DNA of 64,000 bases. Origin: Ramazzottius varieornatus. Taxonomy: Eukaryota; Animalia; Tardigrada. Position 1 is the first letter of the stretch; each line of letters opens with the position of its first letter. The translations under genes were made by a program, and so were the position numbers. Below the pieces are notes generated by a model. The model was not told the DNA's origin. It did not search any database and saw only the letters and a list, made by a program, of their open reading frames with translations. The stretch spans positions 403,378-467,377 of the forward strand of contig BDGG01000014.1 in NCBI GenBank assembly GCA_001949185.1. Direction: 5' to 3'. Shown one piece after another: positions 1 to 12,663 of this stretch.

Positions 1-1250
1 ACTCGGACGCCAGTGCTCGTGAAAACCGGCTTCAACGACCATAGAAATGGCTTCTTCAAAATGATGAGTGCTTTGGCAATTTCTCTAAGCTGTTCGGGTG
101 CAGGTGTCACCAGCGACCCGAACCCGATATAGATTACCGAACCGGCTTTTTGAAGGTCTAACCACTGAATCGCACCACTATCTTCGGTGGTTCTGTCACT
201 GCACTTCACGGAAGGGATCAAAGGTCCACAGCATATGACTTCAGCGTTAACTCGTTTCTCGATTTCCGCAACTAGAGCCGCCTCAGCTTCCCAATGACTG
301 TTCAGAATCAGAGCCCCAGCGCAATGCAGTTCTTCCCACACGACTCGAAGCAAGGCCAAAAGCTTGTCAGGCATCGGTGCCTGTGGTCCATCTAGCGGTC
401 TCAGTTCGAAAAACACGGCGCTTCCATCCCATGGTTTGATGTTCGATTGATTTTGATCTTGTCCCGCCATCAGAAAGCTACAAAGAAGATATTTCTTACA
501 GAACGACCAGTTCGTATTCAACAGGGCAGCTGTACAGACAGTGCAATTTTTGTGCAGCCAAAAGTGTTGAAGTCATAACGGCATGCCAGACAGCTGCGCC
601 TGGGCACGACACTGTTCATAGGCATGGGAATTTCAGATGGAAGCAGCAAACGATCCTGGAGCATCTTTTTGTTCAAGCGTTCATATGTCCTTGCCACTTT
701 GAAGTTGCAGACGGATAAAGAATGTATCGATGCGTACAGCACTGTGCGGCACTGCCAGCACAATAATCACTTACAGCAACATTAACTCTGCACCAGCCGA
801 CTCAACCATGAAAAGCGGAACTGCCCGTGCCTTCAGAATTGGCGCCACAAATACAGTCATCAGGATGTCACAGAAGATGGCGTCGACCGGTTTCATCGTG
901 GGGGTCCTTTCTGTCTCCGGCCCTTGTTTTGTTGGAATGATCCCTAAGAGCTCGCTCAGCATTTTTCCCGACTGGAGGCTCTGCGCGACGACCTGAAGGA
1001 AGGGAACATCATGTTCTGATGGTTCAGTCAGGCCGTCTTCCACCCCATAAAAGGCAATTTTTGAGTCAAGGCTGCAGCTGGGAATGATGCCACGAGCTCT
1101 CGCTTCCGTCAAGCGAATTTGTGAGACGGCTAAGGTTATGTCGTGGTACACACTGAGCCTTTGCGCGAGAGATAACAAAGGAATCATATGTCCGAATTCG
1201 GGCTTGCACAAAAACAGCAGATGTCGACGGTCACTCGATACATTTGCCAT
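1..1250 (-). CDS. UDP-glycosyltransferase (GT1), plant-type cytosolic; 3' end runs off the window
   Basis: Exon 1 1250-775 (MANVSSDRRHLLFLCKPEFGHMIP, catalytic GHxxP), GT-AG intron 774-478, exon 2 477-<1 translating to LILNSHWEAE...CCGPL...WLDLQKAGSVIYIGFGS...PFLWSL, all GT1 motifs. No signal peptide. Confidence 0.9.
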
Positions 1251-2254
1251 GACTCTAGCCAAAAGGGACGTAACAAGGCTGTTGTCGAAAATCCGACGAA
1301 CAACTGGGCACAGCCAGTTCAATAAGGCCAAATCCATAGAAAAGGCTTCGCGTAGGAGCCTTTTATGCTGAAAACTGGCGCTGTCATCTGGCGGCTGAGG
1401 TCGACAATCTTCAGACTTTTCGGTACTTATATTAAAGAATATGAAGATAACGGTAAGACATTAAGCTGTTTTGGACAATTTTTCCTACCGTATTCGGACT
1501 AGCGGAAGCAATGACCTCCATCCCCGCTCAGTGACTGAGCCGTTCCTGTATAGATACCCTGAAATATTGCTGCAAGTGTCAAAGGTTGAACTTGGGACAT
1601 TTATTACTTTCATGGGCCACCTTCACGTACCGTGTTATTGCCACTTGGAGGAGCTTCGCTACCACAGCACTAGCTTACACTACAGAACGTGGGCTCAATG
1701 AACTGTCAAAGTGCTAAAGAGCATGTCCTTATTTCACTGAGCGGTAGCCGTTAGGTCCTGGGTCTGACATTAAGACCACGACTGGAAAGAAGCGACATCG
1801 TTCTCCGGAATTCTCGGTTTGGAATTTAATAGAACAATCGGAAGGCAAACCGTACAATCTGTGACAAGGTTTCGTTTGCCAAAACAAGCCTGGGACGTTC
1901 AATGGACGCTATGTAGAGCCCATATTGACTGACACTTGGCCTCGGACGGGTTCCGCGTGGTGGAAATAGTATTACGACCGGCACAGCGCGTAACACGAGG
2001 CTGATCCACTTTCATTCCAGAACGTTAGCGAGTCGCAGAATACATCACCCTGCGATTGACGAACGAATTGGCTGCTGTTTGGTCTAGCACATCAGGATTA
2101 GAGGGGGTGCAGAATATAAAACCGCGTGGGATTTTGCTTGCGAAACCATACTGCGGGCTCGCAGAAATTCACTGCGCGTACGGCACGCGGTTATTTCTGC
2201 GAGTTTTTCTTGCGGCACCCTGCTGCAAACGCTGTTCCGTATGCTTCTCGCGGG

Positions 2255-2935
2255 AAGAGCAGGCGTTTAGACTGCTCTTCCCGCGAGACTGTCTGATTTA
2301 GGTGAAGGGAGACTCTGAAAACTCAAGTGGACGCTATGAGACAGACTAGAAATGCCGCAAGCCATGTGGTCAGTCTGGCTTTTCGTTTGACCTTCACAGG
2401 TTTTTCGTCGGCAGGATTTGGACTTCACAAAGTCCAAATCCTTAACATGCAGATGGAGAACATTCGGGCCACTAAACATAATGGACCATGTGGAACAGTT
2501 GCAAGTACATCATTTGAGTCAGAGCACGGAACAGGAGCAAAGTCTAACGTAATAAAGTATCTAGGCTGATAGGTCTTCTGGACTGACGAGCAGAGGCGGT
2601 TAGACCAGCTCTTCCCGCAAAACAGTCTAATTGAGGTGAAGGGAGGCTCTGAGTAGTTAAATGGACGCTAAGAGGCAGACTTGAATGCCGCAGCCAGTGC
2701 GGTCGGTCTGGCTTTTCGTTGAGCTGTACGAGGNNNNNNNNNNNNNNNNNNNNNNNNNNNNNNNNNNNNNNNNNNNNNNNNNNCTCGCTCCTCGTACAGG
2801 TTTTCGTCGGCAGGATTTTGACTTCATAAAGTCACATTACCCGGGTTTCCGCCAACGACTTTGGCCAATGAAAGCAGTAAAGGACTTTGCATGGAGAGGC
2901 AGAACATCCGGGCCACTGAGAATAATGGACCAAGT
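2255..2935 (+). repeat. Diverged tandem duplication (two ~330 bp units) spanning the assembly gap
   Basis: Unit 1 (from ~2255) and unit 2 (from ~2585) share gctcttcccgc..gaggtgaaggga..tggacgcta..gtctggcttttcgtt..tttcgtcggcaggattt.gacttca..gaacat.cgggccact..ataatggacca. Confidence 0.75.
2734..2783. other. Assembly gap (50 N)
   Basis: Run of n characters. Confidence 1.
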
Positions 2936-5440
2936 GTCCCAGCACAGCACCTCGGAAGTATGTACGTGCGCGATTTGTTCACAGCAGTGTTTCATCCCGT
3001 GATATATGAAGATGAGTTGTTCTTATGTGCAGTTAACGCTGTAGCGGTTTTATCTTAATTCCTGTCTATTTGTACGATTAGCTCGTACTTCAGGTACACT
3101 TACCTGTTACACCTTCTGTGTTCCCTTTCAAGCCTTCGAGACTTTTACCAACCATGGTCGTTCCTTCTTTTTCTCTCAAGTTGTTTCGCTCGAAGAGAAT
3201 TTTCTCCTGCCGCCAACGCTTGTTCTTAGTTTTTCCTACTCTCATAAAGAGCTTTGCATTGTACTTTAGTGCTACCAAATTATCGTGTACTCAACCAGGT
3301 GAAAAAGACAAAAAGTCATCGTTGCACTCCCCGTTATGGTTTCTCCTGAAGGTTTTTTCTCTGTCACTTTGCCAACTCCTGGTTATTGTTTGGCGTTCTA
3401 CTGTTCTGAGTTTCTCAGCTCCACGGTAAACAGGATTAATTTTGCCCGCATCGTGGTTAACCAAAATGTTTGGTCATTCAAGTCCATGTTTTTTTCGTGG
3501 CGCCAACGCATCCCACACGGGTAGGAAGGTGTACTCTATTTCTCGAAAGACTGCAGATAACGACCGTACCGTAGGAGATTCGGCAAATTTTCTCCGCTCT
3601 GAAGATGGGCGCAGACTACACCTCCCTGGAACGGGGAAGAATGATGAATAGACTTCCCGTTCACTAAACGACTCAGAGCGCCCCTGTTGCAGGACAGCTC
3701 TAGAATGCTCATTGAACAAAATGCTTCAGCAAAACTGCAGGAGATTTAACCGGAAACGTCATCCAACAAAAAGATGGGACCAGATACTAAAGGATTATCA
3801 TCATTTCGAAAACCTAGAGCACCTCCGGCCAGAAAGATCCATGTCCTCCAGAGAGGCAGCAAAAAAGGATGCGGAGAGTTCAGCTTTTCTCTTCCCTCAT
3901 TCTTCCACAGTAAACGCACGAACTTGCTGCTAGAAAATGACTGAAGTACCTTGCTAGTATGGGTGAATCACCCAATCAACGATTTCGGGGGTCGAAGTCA
4001 GGATTATTTTTAGAAAATTTATTCAAGTCATATCTCCGCACCAATAATCCAAGATCGTAACATACATCCATATACCCTCGGCACCGCAGCACAGGATTAA
4101 CTCGTTCTAGTTCATTTCCGGCTGTTGAAATCGGAAACGAAACAAAACAGCCGACAAAAAAAGAAGCCGGTGGGGGCACAAAGTTCCAGATGGTGAAGTT
4201 TGCCAAGATTGCGCCTAGGTTATCAGTCACTATAACTGGATAGAGATGTACATTGCCGTCGAGGTCAATGGAAATCTAACAGCCCATGGCACAACACAGA
4301 TGATCCTCCAGATGGAAAATACAGTCCTATCCCGAGATGTAACAGTTGCTCCTTCTGTCCCCGAACAACGAGTTTGCACGGGGTGTGCTTGCCAAAGGTC
4401 GCGCAGCACGATCAGCTGATGGACGCTTTGTTCGAGGTTGACTTGATCAAGTATTCGTGTGTATGCGATCATCTGATCGATCTCGTGCGAACAGTGTGGT
4501 GAGCAGCTAGGTAAACTTATAGGCCGTCCAGAATTAAAATCAGACGTTTGAACTGTCACATCTCGGCGGTAGGACTGTATCACGCTTCGGACCAATATTG
4601 ATGCCAGCCTAATAAAGGTAAAGAGTTCAAGCGTAGAAGCGGGATACCTATGACGATGGGGCAGACAAAATTGCACGGCAGGGGTGAGTACGTTCCCTAC
4701 AATGTCATGTCAGTAAAACCATGTTAACCTGCACTGCAAAGCACTACCTAGCTCGATGCACAGCAGTACCACGGGTTAAGCGGGTTACCTCTTCCCGTCT
4801 TTTTTTACGCCGCATCCAGAGACACTTTGAGGAAGCTGATGACATACCAAGACCCGTAATTTCATAACTTAGACCTGATGGATGTGAGAATAAACGCCTA
4901 CTTCGTACTGTACCCAGGGAGAACATGTAAGTTCGTCGGATCTTATGCGACCGCCAGCTTTAAGCGACTACGATGTCACATGACCAAACAACTGCAGCTG
5001 TGTTCTTGAATACAACGCAACAACGTACTCATTTTATTCACGAGTGTTGTCCACTGAACTGAAAAGCCTTACGTCGGCATGTGTACTCACGGGTACGTGC
5101 GCTCTGAAGTTTATCAATGATAGGTTCTTTTCGGTTGGGTAATGCTTCAACATCTTGTATTCAAGGGGTACCACTGGTACTACCATGACAGTAATGATCA
5201 GGCAACACGTACGTGATTTGAAGTGACACGGGTACGAGAGGCCTCGAATTCAAAATTTTCTTTGGAGAACGCACAAGAGATTTTCGAGGCGCTGCTGCTC
5301 ACCAGAGCTAAACAGGAAAAAAAATCCACTTCCTGGGGAGTACGTTGCCGCGTGATCGACGGATGGCGCTCACCATTCGTTTCCCAGTTTAAAATAAACT
5401 CACTCGTTGATCAATCCCGTAAGATTTTCGTTTGTGTTGA

Positions 5441-6000
5441 TTTAACACCCTGGCGGCGACGCTTTCACATATCCGAATAACACTATAGGGGAAATTCAAA
5501 TACCGTACTTTGTGAGTGGTTGAAAACAGAAGGTGCGGTCTATACTCGACCAATCACCACTTATGAACACAGTGGAGATTAGGGTGCTCATGTTGCTCCA
5601 CCTCTAATTTCGCTGAAATGCGCAATTCATCGAATCGCTGCGCGAAACCTTCAGGAATTTTTCTGACCACTGGACAGTTGGCAACACGCCCATCACAAAA
5701 TTTGCACGTCGTGAGAAAGTGTTTCAGCTTTAATAGTAATTTTTTCAGACCTTTCTGTCGAGCGAAATGTTTGCAAAAAAGTTTGTTTGTGAGCTCGGGA
5801 AAAATTGGTCGAAAACAGAAACATCTTCCTAGTGATATGGGAAACCATTGGCCGGCGGTCGTCTTCTCCCAGTAACAGGACCGTATTTCTGCAGGCAAAG
5901 ACGAAAATTCCAATAGCAAGAACACCCGAGAGGATTTTTCTCGGCCGGTCTACTGTGCGCTAAAACCCTGGGCATCCGCTCTGGTGGTCAGGGTGTTAAA
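5441..6000. mobile_element. Putative non-autonomous DNA element with TTAA-flanked short TIRs (piggyBac-like MITE)
   Basis: tttaacaccctg at 5441-5452 is the exact reverse complement of cagggtgttaaa at 5989-6000; TTAA at both ends; no transposase inside. Confidence 0.45.
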
Positions 6001-6039
6001 TAACAATATGCAGTGGACAGCCCAAAAGAATACGCCATC

Positions 6040-6234
6040 AACGGTCTCTTTCTAAAGCGTAATGGAGCGTTGGAGCAGGTCCTGTTTACGAGCCTGGTGA
6101 TATCACTTGTGGGCTATGCCTCTTCTGTTTGGTTTTCCACCACAAAGACTCTACAAACGCAGTTGGAATCCATTCAGAAAAAATTTATCCGGAGCATCCA
6201 CCTTTGCCCACCTAACAAAGAGAACCACAACTAA
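6040..6234 (+). mobile_element. Degenerate non-LTR retrotransposon (CR1/L2-like ORF2 C-terminal) fragment
   Basis: LFTSLVISLVGYASSVWFSTTKTLQTQLESIQKKFIRSI resembles the post-RT LYxSLVRxxLEYASxVWxP...LESVQRRF segment of LINE ORF2. Confidence 0.65.
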
Positions 6235-6479
6235 CGACCCGGACTTCCGCTGAAATCAGCAACACCTTTGACAATTAAGATGGAAACCACTGTGGCATGG
6301 ACGACGTGAGAATATCCAGCCAAGTCAGAACATGCGATCCAGGAGTCAGGGTGAAACCATGACGCCAACTCCCGTCTCTCCAGTATCCTCCTCGCGTTCC
6401 TGCTCAACTCCACCAAAGGCTCTTTCGCGAGCGTTACCGAGGCGTTGCTGAAGCACTCCGTGTTTTCTCCTGGCACTGT

Positions 6480-6876
6480 ACCATTGCGATCAGTAACGTG
6501 GGGACACGCCAAATCAATCAATCAAAACAAAGGCGGAGTTCGGGGCGGTACTGCAATCAAAAGTTTTGATAAACTTTATTGACTGCACTTTGTGAATCAC
6601 CACTTGGATAGCAGACCATTATTGAGAAGAAGATCCTCCAAACGCTTTTCCATCGTTCCGTACACTTTTCTACAGAGCAGTGGATATCAAGGAATAGATC
6701 ACAGGAACTGAAAAGTAAGGAAGACTCCCGATATCACGAAGGAACACCTGTTTCGCCTGAAACAGCTGACCCAACCGGAAACGTTAATCAAGGCTTTTGA
6801 TTGCCGTGACGTCACATCATACAGTCAGTTTTGATTGATTGATCTGCCATGCCCTCACGTTCCTGATCGCAATGGT
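6480..6876. mobile_element. MITE with ~50 bp imperfect TIRs
   Basis: accattgcgatcagtaacgtggggacacgccaaatcaatcaatcaaaac (from 6480) vs reverse complement of gttttgattgattgatctgccatgccctcacgttcctgatcgcaatggt (to 6876). Confidence 0.75.
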
Positions 6877-9800
6877 GGACTTGGACACTATTGAAGCTTT
6901 GAATGCGGGCCAGAACTGAAAATCGAGCATATGACGTAACGCAGTGAAATTTAACCGTAGATAGTTGTCATGAAAGTGCCCATCAGCCAATCAGCTGTTT
7001 GACTTTTGCGCTTCGAGGCTGCGGATTGTTCATTTACTTTCTTCCAGAGACGCGCTCGAGTCCATATCATTCCTGTAAGCGTTAATCCATAGTGTCCCAA
7101 CCCTTCATGACCGAGCGACCTCGACGGTACACCGAAAAAGACTTGAAGGACGCGCTTTCTGCTATTCAGCACGTACGTACAGCAAAGCAGCCTTCAATGC
7201 TGGTTTTCACTTGTAGTAAAAATCACCTGCCCGTGCCGCCGTAGCGAAAAGGCCTGTCCCATAATTTTTAGTGTCCCATATTTACCCGCCGTGCGTGTAC
7301 CTAAACTGGAGTTTTGGGGCTTCAGATGGTCTAAAAACAATATCGACGTATAGTAGTCGTGCTCGTTTAAAACTCTATGAGTATTGTTCGTTGTCGTGTA
7401 GTGTAGTGCTTTTCTTCGGTGCTCTTGCCACGTTTTTCCAGGTTTGTCGAAACAGCGCTTAGCCTCGCGAGTTTCCGAACAAATTACAGGATATTGTCAT
7501 CAAAGCCTTTCATTGAAACTGTGACACCACCGTTAAGAATAAAACGAAAAACCGTAAAGAAAGTTGGAAAACAACACTTTTTTTGAGTTCAAGTCGAGAT
7601 GACGTGCAAAGAGGGCAGTACTTGGTCATCGAGTAGCTGGATTGTTCGACAACGGACATGTCATCAGTCTGGGTTGATTGATGTTGCGTACTGGTCTGTT
7701 TATGTGTCGAAAGCCGCAAGCTCGTTGCTCAAGCAAGACTCCCGTCCTTTTTGCTGATGTACCATGTGATACGCTATCCGTTTCTCGGGATTGTAGCAAG
7801 TTCGGCTAGGTCACCTCTGGACCTGCAAGATGAGAGACGCCGTGCCATAAAATGTAGCCAATGAAGGGACCGCAATCAACAATGCCCGAGTCTCCAGAGG
7901 ATAAGAGACAACTTCCACGCGGAGCCATTAAACTCATGGTAGCGCTTCGTTGGTAGCTTTGTTCTTTAGCAAATGAGGTATCTAACATTGGGGCTGGTGT
8001 CTTCGACCTCGGACAATAGGGTAGGGAAGCGATGCGATCAAGCCAGATTGCCGAACTGGTACACGCCATGCCATCGAATGCCTCGCTGTGACCATCTGCA
8101 GGATTGTGCGTTTGCGCGTCTGAAGAAGGCCTTGTCATGTCACCGAGCATGAAAACATCGAACAGTTAAAAGTTTCAAGAAGCAGGATCTGTAATGGACC
8201 TGCGCATTACAGGACTGCTGAACCAACCCAAGAAAAAAGGAGCACCTAGCAAAGTACAGGGAGAAGTGTATTTCGTACTTCATTCAGCACCGGACACGTA
8301 CCTAGAGCGCAAACTTCTCACCCGGCACATACGTGTTCAAGCGCATGCTGTGCCCCATGTATATAGAAAGCTGATGCACGAGCAAAATTTCGCACTTGTA
8401 AACTGTAGACAATATTGCGTCGCTCGTTAGCTGAAAGGACGAATAAACCCTTTTCTTTTGTCCGGTTAGATTTCCAAACGAAACAAAAAAGCCAAGATGC
8501 TTCCCGAGCTGTAACGATCTGCGTTGGATGAAGGGGATCAGTATTTACTGTAGCGGATACGAGAAGCTATATTCGTTTACAACTGAATGCTTCTGTCTTC
8601 TGCTGGCACCAGTACGATGCAACCATCCAGCCGAATAAGGTCGCATCGAGAGAAAGCAGTGGGAAAGATTTTCGTTCTAGGAAACGTGACCGGAAGTACG
8701 GGATTACTGAACAGCCATGAGAGCGGAAAGAAAACATCACAGAAGTTTTCGCATGGCCCGGCTGACCGATCGTTCTCTGGGTTGAGCCGTCCAGAAGGTC
8801 CAGTAGCGAAGCGACCCAAGACCGGAACGAACGACCGTCCCAATCGTCAATCCGGATGTACCAAGTCCAGGTGGACCCGATCCTCAAAACTTAATGAATG
8901 CCAATCATGAAACGAATCGAGCAAAAATAATAATACGACGAAGGAAATCAAGCAGTCAAGCAAGATCAGTTACTTGATCAGCAGATAATTTCGATTGGCT
9001 GATTGATTGGCTAGAAGGGAGAGCACACATGATGCGCATAGATGTGCAGTCTAGTAATCATGGTATATACAGCTATGAACCCCCGGGATCCCGGGGTGCG
9101 GTGTACTCCGAACCCATAATTTGTTCTTCATGGGAGGCCAAGCTTGGCTGATTCACGCCGAGAAAATTTCCAGATTTATTAGTGAGGCTTCACTTCCAGT
9201 TCGATCTGTTCTCTGTTTAGCTCAAGCTTTCTCTGTGTGTACGGCCGAGTAGGCTTAAAATCGGCCATAAAATCATCAGCTCGATTAGATACAGAGTGGC
9301 CCAACAGTGCGCGCTCGAACTGTGCATTTTTAAACGGGTCGCTTTCCTCTGAAGCCCAAAGGCGAAGGAAGCGGCTTGATAAGTGGCAAAACACTGAAGC
9401 TTCTGGGGGATATACGCAGAAATGGGCGAGGGTCAGGAGGACGTCCCAGCAGTTTAGCATGCAACTTTAACTACAAACGTAAATCGCACTACAAAGAACG
9501 ATAAATCTCTTCTGGCGTCACGATCGGCGGCTCAATGGCCTGACGTGGGTCTACCGTCTTCCACTCTGATTACCCAATTGTCAGGCCAGGCTTAAAGTTC
9601 TTCTCTAAGGGCCTGACCCTTCTTTTTCCGTCGATCGTCCAGCCGCGGCATATTGTATTGTTAGAGATACGTCAAAAGGATTGGGGTTAGAGCTAAATAC
9701 CGATTGAACGTTGAATTGAGTTCAATGGCCTCAATGTCTTTGAATAATTTTGTAAATGGTTGATACTTTATACGTCCCAAGAGGACTCAAGTGTAGTAAT

Positions 9801-10040
9801 CCTGCTCTCGGTAAGAGCCAAGCGTGTACTGGGGCAGGAGCGACGACGGACCTGATATCCTGAATCTCTAAAAAAGGCAAAGACCACCAGCGATTATTGT
9901 ACAGTGCATCCATTTCATTGAGAGTTGCTTAGCTGTTGACGTACTCGTGATAAATGCGTCGATGGTTATCGTTCCTACTGCATCTCTACCAGCTTCAACC
10001 ACAGGTGCATGATAGCTGGTCCTTGCAATCACGATTTCAC

Positions 10041-12663
10041 ATGCCGGATAAACTTCGAGATTTCTCTCTCATCTTCATCTTTTTCTGCTCCGATGGCATG
10101 GCTTTCCATTTCATCTCATTGACCAGGTCAAGTGGTCGTGCAGTGGGATACATAGCGTTGGACCCAACTTTTGCAGTTGCGCTAAACGAGTCACGGTACC
10201 TGTATCCTCAAGTTCTGAGTGACATCACGTGGTCTGCCCACCACCTGCACGAGCACATAAACGATAGACCTGATTATCTCTATTCGATCCACGCTATCTT
10301 GGATGAATTGTACGACGACAACGAACTGCCGGAAAGTGAATTAACCATCTTCTTCGCCCAAGGCAAGTCAAATTCTAAAGTTTTCTTCAACTTAATCTTT
10401 TAGAGTCTACCACATATTGTGCAGTTTAAAATCGAGCGTCGGGCTTGGAGCGCGCATTCTGCTTTGCTTGACTTGCAACAAGCTATTGACACACATACAG
10501 TAGGATCGTTCTTCCAACCGTCTGCACAAACGACTGATTGCGACCACATATGGCTTTGTCATTTCGAAAGACGCACAATTACATGACAGTTTAATTGCAG
10601 TGGGCCCAAAGCAGCTTCAACCAATCGGCGACTTCGCAAGGGGTACTATTTGTCAAAAACGAAAAATTACAAGAAGCTCGCGCATGTGGGCTGACGATTT
10701 GGTTTTTTCTCGACTACAGAAACGGACAACCTGGTTATACCTTGGTACGCACGTGCATGGCTCTTTGCGCAAAGCGTTTTGACCTGTCGCAACAATCAAC
10801 TGTGAGTACATGATTACGTGCTGATGTGTATTTGAGCAGCACAGTGGGCCATCCAGACTTCGAGAACAAGCGAAGGTTTCCATACTTCGTGTCATTCGCT
10901 GCGTCTTCTGGGGCATACGGGGAAGCAGTTCTGTCTCTTATGTTGCATTTCGAGTGGAGGAGAGTTGCTGTCCTTGAAGACGCTCTTTCTACCGCACCAC
11001 CGTACCTGCAAGTCAGAGCACATGATTACTGCAGAGGGATCTTGGAAACCTTTCGGAAAGAAGCTAGCAAGTTCAACGTGCTAGAAATTCCCATAGACAG
11101 CAGTCATGCAGACCTACGATTCCTACTGCAGCAGGCCAAATTGCATGCCCGGAGTAGGTGATCCCTTCTGATGACGAGAACATGAAAACGCACCTTCCCC
11201 CTACACTATACTCTGCTTTTCTCCTGCAGTTATACTAATATGTTCCGCGACGCAATATCTGCATCAGATTTTGGTACGAAACCTTGTACCTTCTCTGCTT
11301 GGCATTCTGCTGGGCATTACTATTAAACTGGGGTATTATCGTATACAAGTACTGAATTACTGACAGGCGAAAGCATCTGACGAGGGGATGACAACCGAGG
11401 ACTACGTATATATGCTGCCATACGGACTTGAAGATCCCGACGACCCGTTCTTTGCCGAGTACCCGCTTTACGACACGGTGAACTTTCTCTCTCTCTCATA
11501 TCATATTGACATCCGCTGCGCACAAGCTGCCACGGCCATTTTCCGAAGCGATGGTTCTAACTAAATTTTCGCGAAAGTAGGCCGCGGCGGAGTTCATTCG
11601 TAACTTGATAGTGATTCGCTCTGAAGTTCCGCCTTGGGACAGCACGCGCGTGGAAGAAGAGTTGTCTCTGATTCGGCGCGAACGATCAGCCATGTTCCCA
11701 GACGCAGATCAAATGGACGAACCGGTGGGCGAAACTCAGTTTCAGTGATCGAAGATATCGCACGTGATCGTTGATATGTTTCTGTCGGTTACAGCACAAC
11801 GAGTTTGTTGTACAGTGCTACGAAGCCGTTCAAGTCATAACCCAGGTACGGAAGTACTGTATAACCGGGTGTCGTAGAAAGCATTGCGTTCGTAGCCAAA
11901 AAACCATTTCTTCTGCTGAAGATAAGAGTAGCTAACTTTGGTTGGTGATATTCGTTTTTGAGGTTCTGAACGAGACATGTCAGCCCTCATCAAAAAACCT
12001 TGCGCACTGCGGAAGTGCGAAATTTCTGACACCAAAGTTCCTTAACCGAACATTTCAAACTACCTCTCGCAGCGTGACCATCTCCGAAAATGGTATCCGG
12101 ACTGCGACAGTCAATATACAAATGTTCAACTCGACTGCCAAACGGTTTGAGGTATGACGCCATTGATTTTTGAAGGTTGTAATCGGTTGGACACCACGGT
12201 ATCTGCTGCTGCTTCTAGACAAAAATGTTGTACGACGCAACTACCAATAGACTAGCATATAGCCCCAACACGGCCATCTATTGGAAAGGCGGCGGCCGAC
12301 CACCATCAGATCGTCCTAAGTGCGGATCCTTTTCAGATCAGCTTTGTGTCAAAGAGTTTGACTGGAAGTCTCTAGTCATTAGTGTTTCCCTTACCGCCAT
12401 TACATTATCCGTGGCTTTCAGGTGGGACGTCTGTTACGTAGTAATGGCACGTAGTAATTTGCCATGATCTTCGAGTCCAAAGCGGATGCCACAATCATTG
12501 AACAGAGGTTTGTTCTAGGTGTTGGCTGAAGGGGTTAACCTCGTTGCACTCCGCCGACTTGAAGTGGTGGAGCGTTAGTTGGACCGACCTGAAGATTCAT
12601 TGCATCCATTCTTCTCACTATTCAACGCAGACCCTGGGACCACATAGACCATTTCTGGAATAG
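10041..12663 (+). CDS. Natriuretic-peptide-receptor / receptor guanylyl cyclase-like ectodomain + TM + short tail (NPR-C-like architecture), multi-exon
   Basis: Hydrophobic N-terminus; exons give LQPIGDFAR, FENKRRFPYF..YGEAVLSLMLHFEWRRVAVL, GMTTEDYVYM, FLNRTF..VTISENGIR, IYWKGGGRPPSDRPKCG, a TM segment, then WWSVSWTDL and TAG at 12661-12663. One junction (~10643-10840) not resolved by eye. Confidence 0.75.

Noticed and set aside
2685-3002. 105-aa ORF across the N run
   Set aside because: It reads through an assembly gap inside a duplicated segment and has no recognisable motif.
9179-9460. ORF faintly like a tyrosine-recombinase core-binding region (DPFKNAQFERALLG)
   Set aside because: No catalytic R-H-R-Y motifs nearby; similarity too weak.
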